Shown here: piece after piece, positions 1 through 10,973 of the stretch
Position numbering within the stretch: the first letter of the stretch is position 1
How the letters are laid out: each line of letters starts with the position of its first letter
Source: a bacterium
Lineage (GTDB): Bacteria > Bacillota_I > Bacilli_A > RF39 > UBA660
DNA: 64,000 nt
Assembly (NCBI GenBank): GCA_030531905.1
Contig: JAUNMG010000001.1
Location: forward strand, 56,569 to 120,568
Reading direction: 5' to 3'
Notes under the pieces: generated by a model
Seen by the model: only the letters and a program-made list of their open reading frames with translations
What the model was told of the DNA's origin: nothing
The model's database searches: none
Program-made: the position numbers and the translations under genes

Positions 1-707
1 ATGGTGAGAAAATTTATATGAATGTAAAACAAGCCTTAATCCTACTTGATGAGGCGGAAAGAAAGATTGATGAAGTAAAAGCTATAAATTATGGAACCAT
101 AAAGATAGGTATCAGTACAAGTTTGACTAGAAAGTATTTATTAAAACATATAGAAATATTTCATGAAAAATATCCAAATATTCATATTGATATAGATACA
201 GACCCTACCCAAAAATTAATCAAAAAATTAAGAAATGGAATAATAGATATTATTATTAGTAAATTTCCTGAAGAGCGTGAGCTCGATTTGAAATATAGTA
301 AACTTGGAACAACAAAATATATTTTTGTAGCAAGTAACAAATATAAGGAACTATATACAAAAAGACAAAATATCCAAGAGATTATTAAATATCCACTATT
401 ACTTCAAAAAAATCCATCTAATTCTAGAAGAAGCATAGAAAAATATTTTAAGGAAAACAATATAAAAGTAGATCCTATTATGAATATCGGAAGTTCTAAT
501 CTTTTAATAGATTTTACTAAAATAGGTTATGGTATTGGTTATGTAACAAAGCTTTATGCATCAGAAGAGTTAAAAACAAAACATTTATATGAAATTAAGA
601 CAACACCGGATACTGAAAATGTTGATTATGGAATTATTACACTTAAAAATAATATTATGCCATCATATTGTTCAAAATTCATTGATTATCTAAATTTGAA
701 CAAATAA
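1..707 (+). CDS. LysR-family transcriptional regulator, C-terminal substrate-binding domain (5' truncated by window edge)
   Basis: The frame is open back to nt 3. The translation resembles the LysR linker helix plus periplasmic-binding-like effector domain. No HTH is present in the window. Confidence 0.5.
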   Translation, partial: GEKIYMNVKQALILLDEAERKIDEVKAINYGTIKIGISTSLTRKYLLKHIEIFHEKYPNIHIDIDTDPTQKLIKKLRNGIIDIIISKFPEERELDLKYSKLGTTKYIFVASNKYKELYTKRQNIQEIIKYPLLLQKNPSNSRRSIEKYFKENNIKVDPIMNIGSSNLLIDFTKIGYGIGYVTKLYASEELKTKHLYEIKTTPDTENVDYGIITLKNNIMPSYCSKFIDYLNLNK

Positions 708-731
708 TTTATAAATGCTATAATTAAAGAG

Positions 732-1406
732 GTGATATACGTGATAGGTAATGATTGGGATTTATATTTAGAAGAAGAATATAATAAGGACTATTTTAAA
801 AAATTAATAGAGTTTATTGATAAGGAATATAGTGAAAAAACGATTTATCCAAAAAAATGTGAAATTTTTAATGCTTTTAGACATACAAGCTATAAAGATA
901 CTAAAGTAGTAATTTTAGGACAAGATCCATATCATGGAGTAAATCAGGCTGAGGGTCTTTCCTTTTCGGTAAAAAATTGTGTAAGAAAACCACCTTCACT
1001 TCAAAATATTTTCAAAGAAATGGAAAGTGATTTAGGTATCCCTTTTCCTACATCGAATTCTTTAATTCCTTGGGCAGAAGAAGGAGTTTTACTTTTAAAT
1101 ACAGTTTTAACAGTTCAAGAATCTCATCCTGCTTCTCATAAAGATATAGGATGGGAACAATTTACTGATGAAGTAATAAAAAAACTTAATGAAAAAGAAA
1201 CACCAGTTGTATTTATATTATGGGGTAATTTTGCTAGAAACAAAAAGAAATTAATAACAAATCCTAACCATTATGTTATAGAATCTGCTCATCCATCTCC
1301 ATTTTCTGCATATAATGGTTTCTTTGGTAGTAGACCATTTTCCAAAACTAATGCATTTTTAAAGAGTCAAGGTCTAAAGGAAATAGATTGGCGTGTTGAA
1401 AAATAA
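732..1406 (+). CDS. ung: uracil-DNA glycosylase
   Basis: Canonical UDG family-1 motifs GQDPYH and HPSPFSA are present. Length is 224 aa with a GTG start. Confidence 0.9.
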   Translation: MIYVIGNDWDLYLEEEYNKDYFKKLIEFIDKEYSEKTIYPKKCEIFNAFRHTSYKDTKVVILGQDPYHGVNQAEGLSFSVKNCVRKPPSLQNIFKEMESDLGIPFPTSNSLIPWAEEGVLLLNTVLTVQESHPASHKDIGWEQFTDEVIKKLNEKETPVVFILWGNFARNKKKLITNPNHYVIESAHPSPFSAYNGFFGSRPFSKTNAFLKSQGLKEIDWRVEK

Positions 1407-1432
1407 TCATAATAAAAACTGATAAATTAACA

Positions 1433-2002
1433 TCAGTTTTTATTTTTCTTTTTTGAATCTTTCTCTTCTTTTAAGATTTCAAACATTTCTCTTTTTTCAT
1501 GTGAGTAAAATTCTTTTTGTTTATAACCAAATAATAAACGAATTATATTAGATGGAAAAGCAAGAATTAAATGATTATAATTAACAACAGTATTATTGTA
1601 AAATTTAATTGTTCCAATAAGTTCAACTTCGTTATCATTATATTCTTCTAAAACTTTATTTAAAGCTTCACTCTTATATAACTTGTCATTATCATCGATT
1701 GTTTTAAACAATTTTTTAGAAATATCAGCTAGTTGATTATTAAATTCAAAGTGATTAATATCATCTTTATTAATATTATCAACCTCAGGTAGATATTCTT
1801 TCATTTTTAACTCATCTTTAATAATAGGAACACATCTTTTTATAAGCTCTAATTTCTTATCTAGATAAATTTCTATGTTAGCTTCAGCTTCCTTTGTTTT
1901 AATAATATTATATTGAAATCTATTATAATAAATAACAATTATCAGTAAAATTAAAGCTATAAGAGTAAGACTTCCTATAATGATATAAAACATATTTATC
2001 AT
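1433..2002 (-). CDS. LemA family membrane protein
   Basis: N-terminal TM helix. LemA-like architecture with a C-terminal AFP..LLFGY motif. Length is 189 aa. Confidence 0.7.
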   Translation of the reverse strand: MINMFYIIIGSLTLIALILLIIVIYYNRFQYNIIKTKEAEANIEIYLDKKLELIKRCVPIIKDELKMKEYLPEVDNINKDDINHFEFNNQLADISKKLFKTIDDNDKLYKSEALNKVLEEYNDNEVELIGTIKFYNNTVVNYNHLILAFPSNIIRLLFGYKQKEFYSHEKREMFEILKEEKDSKKKNKN

Positions 2003-2056
2003 CCCCTATTAATAAATTAATTATATCAAATTATAGGAAAACAAACAATTATTATT

Positions 2057-4030
2057 TTAAGAAGCTACTGAATTATTAAATTTTTCATCAAAAACAGGAT
2101 CAGCTGCAGTCGGTTCTGTACCCTTTATAAAATACATTATTTTTTTCTTCTGGTCGGTATCGCTTGCTGGTTTACCAGTAATAGGATTTACTAGTACTTC
2201 TGAAATATTACTAGGTTTTTCATACCATTTATTTTCTTTATCTTTTAAATAATTTTCCATAGAATTTAACCAGATATTTTGCGAATATTTATATTCACTT
2301 GATTTCAAAACAGTATTATCATCATATCCAACCCATACAGCAGTTAAGATATCGGGATTAAATCCAATGTTCCAATTATCAGTTGAAGTTGTTCCACTCT
2401 TTAAAGAGTAAGTATGTGTCATTTTAGAAGCAATTCCAACAGCTGTAGGATAATTATAATCAATATAGTCTTTATCATAAGTAGCAGTAAGCATATTATT
2501 TAGAATAAAGCAAAGACTTTTATTTAAAACAGCTGTTTTTACTTCCTTATATTCATATAAAACATTTCCATCTTTATCTTCGATTTTTCTAATAAAATGA
2601 GGTTTAACTTTATATCCTAAATTTGCAAAAGCAGAATACCCTCTTGCCATTTCAATTATATTAATATCATTTGTTCCCAAAGGAAGAGATGGGACTTTTT
2701 CTAATTTTGATTCTATTCCAACTCTTTTGGCAACATTAATTAAAGCATCTTGACCTAAAAACAAATGAGTTTTAACTGCGTAGATATTTTCTGAATAAGC
2801 GATTGCTGTAGCCATAGAAATAGGCTTGTTTCCATAAACATCATTATTATTTTTAGGAGAATAAGTTTGATTATTAGATAAATTAAATGTAGTAGCTTGA
2901 CTAGTAAAAGAAGTAGAAGAGGTAAATCCATTTTCTAAGGCAGCATAATATAAATAAGGTTTCATAGTAGAACCAACTTGTCTTTTAGAATCAGTTGCCC
3001 TATTATATGATGATTCATTGTAATTTTTACCTCCTGCTAAAGCGATTATCTCTCCATTGTTTGGATTCATCATAACTGCAGACGTTTGGATTTTTGAATT
3101 CATAGGAATAGCTTCTAAAATATTTTTATCCAAATTTTCTTGTGCACTATTATCAAGTGTTGTATATATTTTTAATCCCTTAGTTTCTGTTAAAGATTTA
3201 GGTATACTACTGATAGTTTCCAATTCATCTAAGACAGCATCATGAAAATACATTAAATTTTGTGAATTTTCTTCCTTTTTTTCACCAACAATAACTAAAT
3301 TTTCATTATAGGCATTATTCTTTTCTTCTTCAGTAATGATATTATTCTCTACCAAAGAATTTAAAACTAATAATTGTCTTTTTTTAGCCGTATCAAAGTC
3401 AACTATAGGTGAGTAATTTGCTGGTGACTTTGGAATACCAGTAATCATTGTTGCTTCTGCTAAATCCAAGTCTTTAGCGCTCTTATTAAAGTAAAACTTA
3501 GATGCATTTTCAATTCCATACATACCATGACCATAGTTAATTGTATTTAAGTATCCTTCAAGTATTTCATCTTTAGAATAAGCATTTTCAATTCTTAATG
3601 TATACCACATTTCATCCCATTTTCTTTTCCAAGTTTTATCAAAATCAAGAAACAAATTTTTCGCATATTGTTGCGTAATAGTAGAAGCACCTTGCTTTGT
3701 ACTCCTAGAAGAAATATTAATCATACTAGCTTTTAAAATTCTTTTATAATCAAAACCATTATGGGAATAGAAATGTTTATCTTCCGTATAAATTGTAGAA
3801 TCAATTACGTATTTAGAGATATTTTTAAGACTAGTCCACTCTTTAGATTCATTTCCTTGAAAGAAAAGTTTTTTATCTTTATCATATATCAAAATATTAT
3901 TCGCACTACCAATTTCAAGTTTAGGAGTAGTTTTTAAATAGAGGAAAATAACACCCTTAAAGATTAAAATAAAAACAATTAGAATAACAAATAATTTACA
4001 AAGTAGTTTAAAAAATTTCCTCATCTTCAT
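2057..4030 (-). CDS. class A penicillin-binding protein (transglycosylase/transpeptidase, PBP1A family)
   Basis: N-terminal TM anchor. GT51 transglycosylase motifs (RIENAYSKDEILEGYLN, TITQQ). SxxK (STMK) in the transpeptidase domain. Confidence 0.88.
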   Translation of the reverse strand: MKMRKFFKLLCKLFVILIVFILIFKGVIFLYLKTTPKLEIGSANNILIYDKDKKLFFQGNESKEWTSLKNISKYVIDSTIYTEDKHFYSHNGFDYKRILKASMINISSRSTKQGASTITQQYAKNLFLDFDKTWKRKWDEMWYTLRIENAYSKDEILEGYLNTINYGHGMYGIENASKFYFNKSAKDLDLAEATMITGIPKSPANYSPIVDFDTAKKRQLLVLNSLVENNIITEEEKNNAYNENLVIVGEKKEENSQNLMYFHDAVLDELETISSIPKSLTETKGLKIYTTLDNSAQENLDKNILEAIPMNSKIQTSAVMMNPNNGEIIALAGGKNYNESSYNRATDSKRQVGSTMKPYLYYAALENGFTSSTSFTSQATTFNLSNNQTYSPKNNNDVYGNKPISMATAIAYSENIYAVKTHLFLGQDALINVAKRVGIESKLEKVPSLPLGTNDINIIEMARGYSAFANLGYKVKPHFIRKIEDKDGNVLYEYKEVKTAVLNKSLCFILNNMLTATYDKDYIDYNYPTAVGIASKMTHTYSLKSGTTSTDNWNIGFNPDILTAVWVGYDDNTVLKSSEYKYSQNIWLNSMENYLKDKENKWYEKPSNISEVLVNPITGKPASDTDQKKKIMYFIKGTEPTAADPVFDEKFNNSVAS

Positions 4031-4120
4031 TCCTCCTAAATTTAGTATGAAAGAATAACTTTCAAAATATGTATTAAAATTGATAGTTTTATGGTATAAT
4101 TTGAAATGTAAATTTTAGAG

Positions 4121-4468
4121 GTGCAGAAAATGAATAAAAATGCAAAAATTTCTTTAAAAACAAACGATAATACCATTAAATATGATATACTACTAACAAT
4201 AAAAAATAATAAAATTAATTATTTAGAAAAAAACTCTGATACAAATGTTTTTTTATCACTAGATGAAAAAATTTTAATAAGAGATAATAAAGATATTTAT
4301 TTAGAATATAATTTTTCTAAAAATCAAGGAGTAGTTTTTATAAAAGAGTTACAAAATAATATTAATATTAATTTAATTACTAATAAATTTAATGTAGAAA
4401 ATGATAAAGTAGAAATAGAGTATCAAATAGACGATGATAACTATAATTATTTAATAGAGATGGAGTGA
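4121..4468 (+). CDS. small conserved protein immediately upstream of argS (possibly DUF1934/YwiB-like)
   Basis: 115 aa. The stop lies 4 nt before the argS start. Its position mirrors ywiB-argS in Bacillus. The family assignment is a guess. Confidence 0.4.
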   Translation: MQKMNKNAKISLKTNDNTIKYDILLTIKNNKINYLEKNSDTNVFLSLDEKILIRDNKDIYLEYNFSKNQGVVFIKELQNNININLITNKFNVENDKVEIEYQIDDDNYNYLIEME

Positions 4469-4472
4469 TAAT

Positions 4473-6221
4473 ATGAGTATTATTAAAAGTGTAGAAAAAG
4501 ATATAAAAGAGCTTATAAAAAGTGCAGGATATGAAATTGATAGATTTATTTTACAACCTTCAAATAGAAAAGAATTAGGTGATTATCAAATAAATGATGC
4601 GATGTCATTAGCTAAAATCTATCATGAAAGTCCTATTATAATTGCAGGTAAAATTAAGGATGTTTTAGAATCTGATAGTAGATTTACAAATATAAATATT
4701 GCTGGACCTGGGTTTATTAATCTAAGTTTTTCGGATGAATTTTTAATTAATCTTGTTAATAGTATGGAAGATGATATTTTAAATAATATTGATATGCAAG
4801 AACATAAAAAAATTATGCTAGATTATGGTGGTGCAAATGTTGCAAAAGCATTACATGTAGGACACTTAAGAAGTGCTAATTTAGGAGAAGCATTAAAACG
4901 ACTTGCTAAATTATTAGGCCAAGAAGTAATTAGTGATGCTCATTTAGGTGATTATGGTAGACCTTTAGGACTTGTAGTTCTAGAGTTAAAGGAAAGATAT
5001 CCTGATCTTGCCTTCTTTGACGAGGCTTATCAAGGTGATTATACTTTAGTTGATTTGCCAATTACTAATAGTGATTTAGAAAAAATCTATCCAGAAGCAA
5101 GTACTAAAGCAAAAGAAGATGAAGAATACTTAGAAGAAGCAAGAATTATTACTACAAAAATTCAAAATCATGAAAGAGGATATTATGATATTTGGAAAAA
5201 AGTAGTAGACATTAGTAAAAAAGAAATAAAACAAGTATATGATAATTTAAATGTAAGTTATGATTTATGGGAAGGCGAAAGCGATGCAGCTGAATATGTT
5301 CCAGAATTACTAGAAATAATGAATTCTAAGAACTTAGTAAAATTAAGTGATAACGCCAAGATAGTAGAGGTTAAAGAAGAGGATGAAACTTCACCAATGC
5401 CACCACTATTATTAGTTAAATCAAATGGCTCTATTTCATATGAAACAACAGATTTAGCGACAATTTTAGAAAGAAAAAAGAAATTTAATCCAGATGAAAT
5501 TTGGTATTGTGCAGACCTAAGACAACAACTTCACTTTGAACAAGTATTCCGTGCTAGTAGAAAAGCAGAATTAGTAGATTCTAACGTAAAATTAGAGTAT
5601 ATTGGTTTTGGGACAATGAATGGATTAGATGGAAAACCATTTAAAACTAGAGATGGTGGAGTTATGTCTTTAAAAGCATTAATGGATTTAATAAAAGAAG
5701 AAACTAAAAAGAGAATTAATTATGATATTGTAAAAGAAGACAAATTAGATGAAACAATAAATATAATATCTATGGCAACTTTAAAATATGCAGACTTTTT
5801 ACCATTTAGAGGAACAGACTATATTTTTAACCCTGCAAAATTTGCAGATGTAGAAGGAAAAACTGGTCCATATATTTTATATTCAACAATTAGAATGAAA
5901 TCTCTTTTAGAAAAAGGAAAAGAAGAGAAAAAAGAAACATATAGTAAAATAGGAAATCAAACAGATAGAGAAATATTACTAACTCTTTTAAAACTACCAA
6001 TTACACTTACAAAAGCATATGAAGCAAAATCTTTAAATGATATAGCAGAGTATTTATATACATTGACTAGTAAATATAATACTTTCTATGCTGATAATAA
6101 GATTTTATTAGAAGAAGATGCACTATTAAAAGAATCTTGGTTAGTATTAACAGATATAGTTTATAAGACAAATTTACTATTATTAGATACACTTGGATTA
6201 AAAGTTCCAGAAAAAATGTAA
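4473..6221 (+). CDS. argS: arginine--tRNA ligase
   Basis: Class I HIGH motif (HVGHLRS). Length 582 aa. Conserved DALR-type C-terminal anticodon-binding region. Confidence 0.93.
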   Translation: MSIIKSVEKDIKELIKSAGYEIDRFILQPSNRKELGDYQINDAMSLAKIYHESPIIIAGKIKDVLESDSRFTNINIAGPGFINLSFSDEFLINLVNSMEDDILNNIDMQEHKKIMLDYGGANVAKALHVGHLRSANLGEALKRLAKLLGQEVISDAHLGDYGRPLGLVVLELKERYPDLAFFDEAYQGDYTLVDLPITNSDLEKIYPEASTKAKEDEEYLEEARIITTKIQNHERGYYDIWKKVVDISKKEIKQVYDNLNVSYDLWEGESDAAEYVPELLEIMNSKNLVKLSDNAKIVEVKEEDETSPMPPLLLVKSNGSISYETTDLATILERKKKFNPDEIWYCADLRQQLHFEQVFRASRKAELVDSNVKLEYIGFGTMNGLDGKPFKTRDGGVMSLKALMDLIKEETKKRINYDIVKEDKLDETINIISMATLKYADFLPFRGTDYIFNPAKFADVEGKTGPYILYSTIRMKSLLEKGKEEKKETYSKIGNQTDREILLTLLKLPITLTKAYEAKSLNDIAEYLYTLTSKYNTFYADNKILLEEDALLKESWLVLTDIVYKTNLLLLDTLGLKVPEKM

Positions 6222-6329
6222 AAATATATTGTAATTGGTTAGAATATATGTTATAAGTTTATGTGATAAAATTAATTACTATCAAAAAGCAATGCAGTTG
6301 CATATAATGCTTTAATTAGGAGGATTTAT

Positions 6330-6785
6330 ATGAATATAAATAAAATGTCAAAAGATGAATTAGAATTATTATCAAATAAAGATATTACATATTACTTATT
6401 GGAAGATGCTAATAAATCAATCAATACAGCAGATTTATTCAAGAAAATCATCAAATTACTTGAATTACCTGAATCTAGCTTTGATGCTAAGATAGGAGAT
6501 TATTATACTTCTTTAGCGACAGATAAAAGATTTATAATGTTAGAAGACGGTACTTGGGATTTAAGAAGTCGTCATACATCAGATAAAGTTGTAAAAGTAA
6601 TGGATACAGATGATGATGAAGATGAATCCGAAGAAGATGAAGATTCTAAGGATGATGTAAATGATGAAATAGAAGAAGATAATTATGATGATACAGACGA
6701 TGACGATGACATTTATGATGATGCAGATGATGATTTGAAAGATTTAGTAGTTATAGACGAAGATGAACTAGAATTAGAACAATAA
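6330..6785 (+). CDS. rpoE: DNA-directed RNA polymerase delta subunit
   Basis: HARE-HTH-like N-terminal domain followed by a long poly-Asp/Glu acidic tail. Length 151 aa. This protein is typical of Bacilli and Erysipelotrichia. Confidence 0.85.
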   Translation: MNINKMSKDELELLSNKDITYYLLEDANKSINTADLFKKIIKLLELPESSFDAKIGDYYTSLATDKRFIMLEDGTWDLRSRHTSDKVVKVMDTDDDEDESEEDEDSKDDVNDEIEEDNYDDTDDDDDIYDDADDDLKDLVVIDEDELELEQ

Positions 6786-6797
6786 TTCTAGTTTTTA
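6768..6797 (+). terminator. rho-independent terminator of rpoE
   Basis: Perfect 9-bp stem CTAGAATTA...TAATTCTAG followed by TTTTT. It overlaps the rpoE stop. Confidence 0.7.
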
Positions 6798-6844
6798 TAT
6801 TTAGAATATGATATAATATGTTTGACTTATGAAAGGATGATTTT

Positions 6845-7909
6845 ATGATCGATAGATTAGAAGCAACTTTAACAAGATATGAATCAATAGAACAGGAATT
6901 AACTAAGAAAGAAGTATTAAGTGATATTAAGAAAACTAGAGAATTATCAAAAGAAATGTCTAGCTTAGAGGAGTTAGTTACTTGTTATAAAAAGTATAAG
7001 AAAGTTTTAACTGATATTGAGGAAACAGAAGAAATGGTAAAAGATCCAGAACTTTCTGAAATTGCCAAAGATGATTTAAAAAGACTAACATCAGAAAAAG
7101 AAGCTCTAGATAGTGAATTAGAAGTTTTATTAATACCAAAAGATCCTAATGATGATAAAAATGTTGTTATTGAAATTCGTGGAGCTGCAGGTGGAGATGA
7201 AGCTAATATTTTTGCGGGTGACTTATTTAGAATGTATACTCGTTATGCTGAAAAAAAAGGATTTTCATACAAAGTATATAACTCAGTAGATGGAACTGCC
7301 GGAGGATTCAGTCAAATTGAATTTCTAATTAAAGGAGAAGGTGCTTATTCCCTATTAAAATATGAAAGTGGTTCTCACAGAGTTCAAAGAGTTCCTGTAA
7401 CAGAATCTAATGGTAGACTTCAAACATCAACTGCCACAGTTCTTGTAATGCCAGAAGTAGATGACGATGTTGATATTGTTATCAATCCAAGTGATTTAAG
7501 AATAGATATTTATAGATCAAGTGGTTGTGGAGGACAAGGTGTAAATACAACAGATTCAGCAGTAAGAATTACTCACTTACCAACAAATACAGTTGTAACT
7601 TGTCAAAATGAAAGAAGTCAAATTCAAAATAAAGAACAAGCTATGAAAGTTTTAAAAGCAAGACTTTATGAACAACAATTACAAAAACAAGAAGAAGAGC
7701 AAGGTGCCGAAAGAAGAAATAAAATAGGTACAGGTGATCGTGCTGAAAAGATAAGAACATACAATTATCCACAAAACAGAGTAACAGACCATAGAATTGG
7801 TTTTACAACAAAACAATTAGATCGTGTTATGGATGGAGATTTAGATGATATAATTAATGCTTTAATTTCAGAAGATCAAAAAAGAAAAATGGAACAGCCT
7901 GAAGAATAA
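6845..7909 (+). CDS. prfA: peptide chain release factor 1
   Basis: GGQ motif. The PVT tripeptide (RF1-type PxT) is in the position of the codon-recognition loop. Adjacent to prmC. Confidence 0.93.
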   Translation: MIDRLEATLTRYESIEQELTKKEVLSDIKKTRELSKEMSSLEELVTCYKKYKKVLTDIEETEEMVKDPELSEIAKDDLKRLTSEKEALDSELEVLLIPKDPNDDKNVVIEIRGAAGGDEANIFAGDLFRMYTRYAEKKGFSYKVYNSVDGTAGGFSQIEFLIKGEGAYSLLKYESGSHRVQRVPVTESNGRLQTSTATVLVMPEVDDDVDIVINPSDLRIDIYRSSGCGGQGVNTTDSAVRITHLPTNTVVTCQNERSQIQNKEQAMKVLKARLYEQQLQKQEEEQGAERRNKIGTGDRAEKIRTYNYPQNRVTDHRIGFTTKQLDRVMDGDLDDIINALISEDQKRKMEQPEE

Positions 7910-7911
7910 TT

Positions 7912-8733
7912 ATGAGAGTAGAAGATTTATTAATATATGGAAAAAGCTATTGTCATTCAAATCATGTTAAGTTTTTACTTGCAGATTTACTAAATCTTAA
8001 TCCCTTAGAATTATTAAATCATTTGAATGATATAGTAGATTCTGAAAAAGAAGAACTATTTAAAAAAGAAATTTTAGCTTTAAAAGATGGTAAACCCCTA
8101 CAATATGTAATTGGTAATGTTAATTTTTATGGAAATACCTTTCTTGTTAATGAAAATGTCTTAATACCAAGATTTGAAACTGAAGAATTAGTTGAAAATA
8201 CAATTAGATATGCTAAAGAAATATTTAATGGAAAAGCAAAGATATTAGATATAGGTTGCGGTAGTGGAGTAATTGGTTTAACTTTAAAACAAAAACTACC
8301 AGATAGTAGTGTTGACTTATTAGATATTAGTAAAGAAGCTTTAGAAGTAACTAGAAAAAATGCTGAAAGTTTAGGTTTAGACGTTAATATTATAGAAAGT
8401 GATTTATTTGAAAACATAAATTCTAAATACGATATTATTATTAGTAATCCACCATATATAAGAGAAGATGAAGAGATTGAAGATATCGTTAAAAATAATG
8501 AACCTCATCTAGCTTTATATGGAGGAATTGACGGTTTGGATTATTACAGAAGAATTTTAAAAGATATAGAAAAACATTTAAATATACCAGGGTTAATTGC
8601 CTTTGAAATAGGTTATCTTCAAAAAGACGATATAATAAATATTGTAAATTCTAACCTTAAAAATGTAGTAATTGAAGCAAAAAAAGACCTATCTTTAAAA
8701 GATAGAATGATTTTTATTTTAAAATCTAATTAA
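7912..8733 (+). CDS. prmC: release factor glutamine N5-methyltransferase PrmC/HemK
   Basis: NPPY motif (IISNPPYI). SAM-binding GxGxG (LDIGCGSG). Immediately downstream of prfA. Confidence 0.9.
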   Translation: MRVEDLLIYGKSYCHSNHVKFLLADLLNLNPLELLNHLNDIVDSEKEELFKKEILALKDGKPLQYVIGNVNFYGNTFLVNENVLIPRFETEELVENTIRYAKEIFNGKAKILDIGCGSGVIGLTLKQKLPDSSVDLLDISKEALEVTRKNAESLGLDVNIIESDLFENINSKYDIIISNPPYIREDEEIEDIVKNNEPHLALYGGIDGLDYYRRILKDIEKHLNIPGLIAFEIGYLQKDDIINIVNSNLKNVVIEAKKDLSLKDRMIFILKSN

Positions 8734-8836
8734 CTAAATATATATAATACTTCCATATGAATGGTTTATTCTTGGGAGTTTTTTTATTATCAAAAAGATT
8801 TCTAAATTATTCTATGTTATAATTATTAATATAATA

Positions 8837-9697
8837 TTGGAGGAGAATATGAAAAAAGAAGAAATTTATCAAAGAATCGATAATATATTTAATAAAGAAA
8901 AAACTAGAAATTTGTTTAAAAAACAAACAGATTTGTACTTAGAATTTAAAAATAATCATCAAATTTCTAAACATAAATACAGTTTTGGGGATTTAGTTAA
9001 ATTAGATAAAGGTATGTTTATGAGAGGTGAAGGAGCACTTGCAGAAATAGATGAAGAAAAGATAAAATTTATTAGTGAAAACGGATTCATTAGTCCTGAT
9101 ATAATTTATGAATTCAACTCAAATCAAAAAACACCGCTATGTATTCCAATATGGAATATTCAAAAAGATATGTATTTAAAAGATTATATAAATATTTATA
9201 GTGGAGCTACATTAGAATATACTGTTAAAAGTGAAAATTATAAAAAATATACAAGTTTAATTCCATATAAAAAAATAGAAGAAACAATAGAATCACTTAG
9301 AAACAAAGAATATTGGATGTGGAGATGTGAACAAACAAAGGAAATAAGGTTTATGCCTAGTTTGGCAAAAGATGATCCAAAAGTTCAAATAGCCTTTATT
9401 ATGGATGTGAGAGATGGAAAAGATTTAATTAAAAATGATATATTTAATTTGAATTTCGATAAAGATGTATTAAAAGATTTTATTAAAGATTTTTTTATAA
9501 ATGATTTCATATATGCTGAAAGAAATGATTTTACAACAAATAGAGAAGGAGCAATTATACTTGGCATTCCATCTTGTTTTATAGAAGGCATTTTAGTAGG
9601 AAGAATTTTAGAACAAAATCCAGAAAAATTAGCAATGATAAAGAAATATTTTAGTGATTGTTATATTTGTAATTTGGATGGTAAGGTAATAATGTAA
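8837..9697 (+). CDS. hypothetical protein
   Basis: 286-aa ORF with an RBS (GGAGGAG) and no recognisable motifs. It sits between prmC and spoIIR, as the unknown ywkF does in Bacillus. Confidence 0.5.
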   Translation: MEENMKKEEIYQRIDNIFNKEKTRNLFKKQTDLYLEFKNNHQISKHKYSFGDLVKLDKGMFMRGEGALAEIDEEKIKFISENGFISPDIIYEFNSNQKTPLCIPIWNIQKDMYLKDYINIYSGATLEYTVKSENYKKYTSLIPYKKIEETIESLRNKEYWMWRCEQTKEIRFMPSLAKDDPKVQIAFIMDVRDGKDLIKNDIFNLNFDKDVLKDFIKDFFINDFIYAERNDFTTNREGAIILGIPSCFIEGILVGRILEQNPEKLAMIKKYFSDCYICNLDGKVIM

Positions 9698-9766
9698 ATA
9701 ATTTAATAAAAAGTGAATAAAATTCTTAAAAAGAAACCACTATTATGATGAAAGGTGGTTTTTTAA

Positions 9767-10288
9767 ATGAAAAAAACATTTCTAATTTTAGGATTAATTT
9801 TAATAATTACAATTACAAAAACTAGTGAAAAAGTAATAATTCCAGATGAAGCCATTCGCTTTAGAGTAATTGCTAACAGTAATAGTAATCTAGATCAAAC
9901 AAATAAAAAGAAAATAGCTAAAAAGCTATCTACTAATATTTCAACAGTTTTAAAGAATAGTAATTCTATAGATGATGCAAGAATCAAATTAAAAGAAAAT
10001 ATTCCAACTTTTAAAGCAGTAGTAAGTGAAGAAGCAAAAAAAGAAAATTATGATATAGATGTAGACGTTAATTATGGAAATAACTATTTTCCAGAAAAAC
10101 ATTATAAAGGAGTAACTTATAAAGAAGGAAATTATGAATCTTTAGTCGTTAAGTTAGGAGAAGGAAAAGGGGAAAATTTCTGGTGTGTTTTATTTCCACC
10201 ATTATGTCTTTTAGAAGCAGAGGAATCTGATAAGGATGAAGTAGAATATAAATCTTTTATTAAAGAAATCATAGATAAGTATTTTTAA
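9767..10288 (+). CDS. spoIIR: stage II sporulation protein R
   Basis: Signal/TM N-terminus. Conserved IRFRVIANSNS block as in SpoIIR. 173 aa. Synteny with prmC and mntP matches Bacillus. Confidence 0.75.
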   Translation: MKKTFLILGLILIITITKTSEKVIIPDEAIRFRVIANSNSNLDQTNKKKIAKKLSTNISTVLKNSNSIDDARIKLKENIPTFKAVVSEEAKKENYDIDVDVNYGNNYFPEKHYKGVTYKEGNYESLVVKLGEGKGENFWCVLFPPLCLLEAEESDKDEVEYKSFIKEIIDKYF

Positions 10289-10322
10289 TTTATAAATATA
10301 ATAGAATATAAAAGGTGATAAT

Positions 10323-10859
10323 ATGTCTTTAATTCTATTATATTTTTTTATGGGTGTTGGTTTAAGTATGGATGCTTTTTCTCTAGCGATTGTCTATGGT
10401 ACCAATAAAATAAGCAAGAAAAATGCTTTTATATTAAGTTTGATGGTTGGAGTTTTACATTTTATTATGCCTAATTTAGGAAGCATATTAGGTGGGAAGT
10501 TTCTTCAAGGATTTACAATCTACGGTAATTTTATAACAGCTGTTGTTTTCTTTGTATTAGCAATTCAAATGATTTTATCTTTTAATGAAAAAGAAGAGGT
10601 CAAATCGATTAACAATTATTTAGAAATGTTTTTCTTTGCAATAGCTGTTTCCATAGATAGTTTCACTTTAGGGATGGTTTTAAGTTTTGAAAACTATAAT
10701 GTAATAGAAGCAGGATTAATATTTTCTATAGTCAGTTTTACTTTTACTATATCAGGATTATTATTAGGTAACTATTTAAGTAGTAAAACAGGTAAGATAG
10801 GTAAAGCTATTGGAATTATCATTCTTTTAATATTTGCTTTGAAATACTTATTTACATAA
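10323..10859 (+). CDS. mntP: manganese efflux pump MntP
   Basis: DUF204 repeats with the GLSMDAFSLAI motif. About 6 TM helices. 178 aa. Confidence 0.85.
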   Translation: MSLILLYFFMGVGLSMDAFSLAIVYGTNKISKKNAFILSLMVGVLHFIMPNLGSILGGKFLQGFTIYGNFITAVVFFVLAIQMILSFNEKEEVKSINNYLEMFFFAIAVSIDSFTLGMVLSFENYNVIEAGLIFSIVSFTFTISGLLLGNYLSSKTGKIGKAIGIIILLIFALKYLFT

Positions 10860-10888
10860 AAATCTTTATTTCCTAGTTGTTGACTAAG

Positions 10889-10917
10889 TTAAGTATTTTC
10901 TCTATAATTAATCTTAG
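10889..10917 (+). promoter_or_regulatory. sigma-A type promoter upstream of murA
   Basis: TTGACT, 17-nt spacer, then TATAAT. Confidence 0.55.
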
Positions 10918-10973
10918 ATAGTTATAAAAAGTAACTACTTTAACAATAAAGAGTAAAATATAATAAACAAGTA

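Noticed and set aside
4031-4120. Possible T-box leader upstream of argS
   Set aside because: The intergenic space is only about 90 nt, and argS is preceded by a translationally adjacent small ORF. There is no specifier-loop or T-box consensus.
6286-6313. Palindrome AAAGCAATGCAGTTGCATATAATGCTTT upstream of rpoE
   Set aside because: This could be an operator or just the rpoE promoter (-10 TATAAT embedded). There is no supporting repeat elsewhere in the window.
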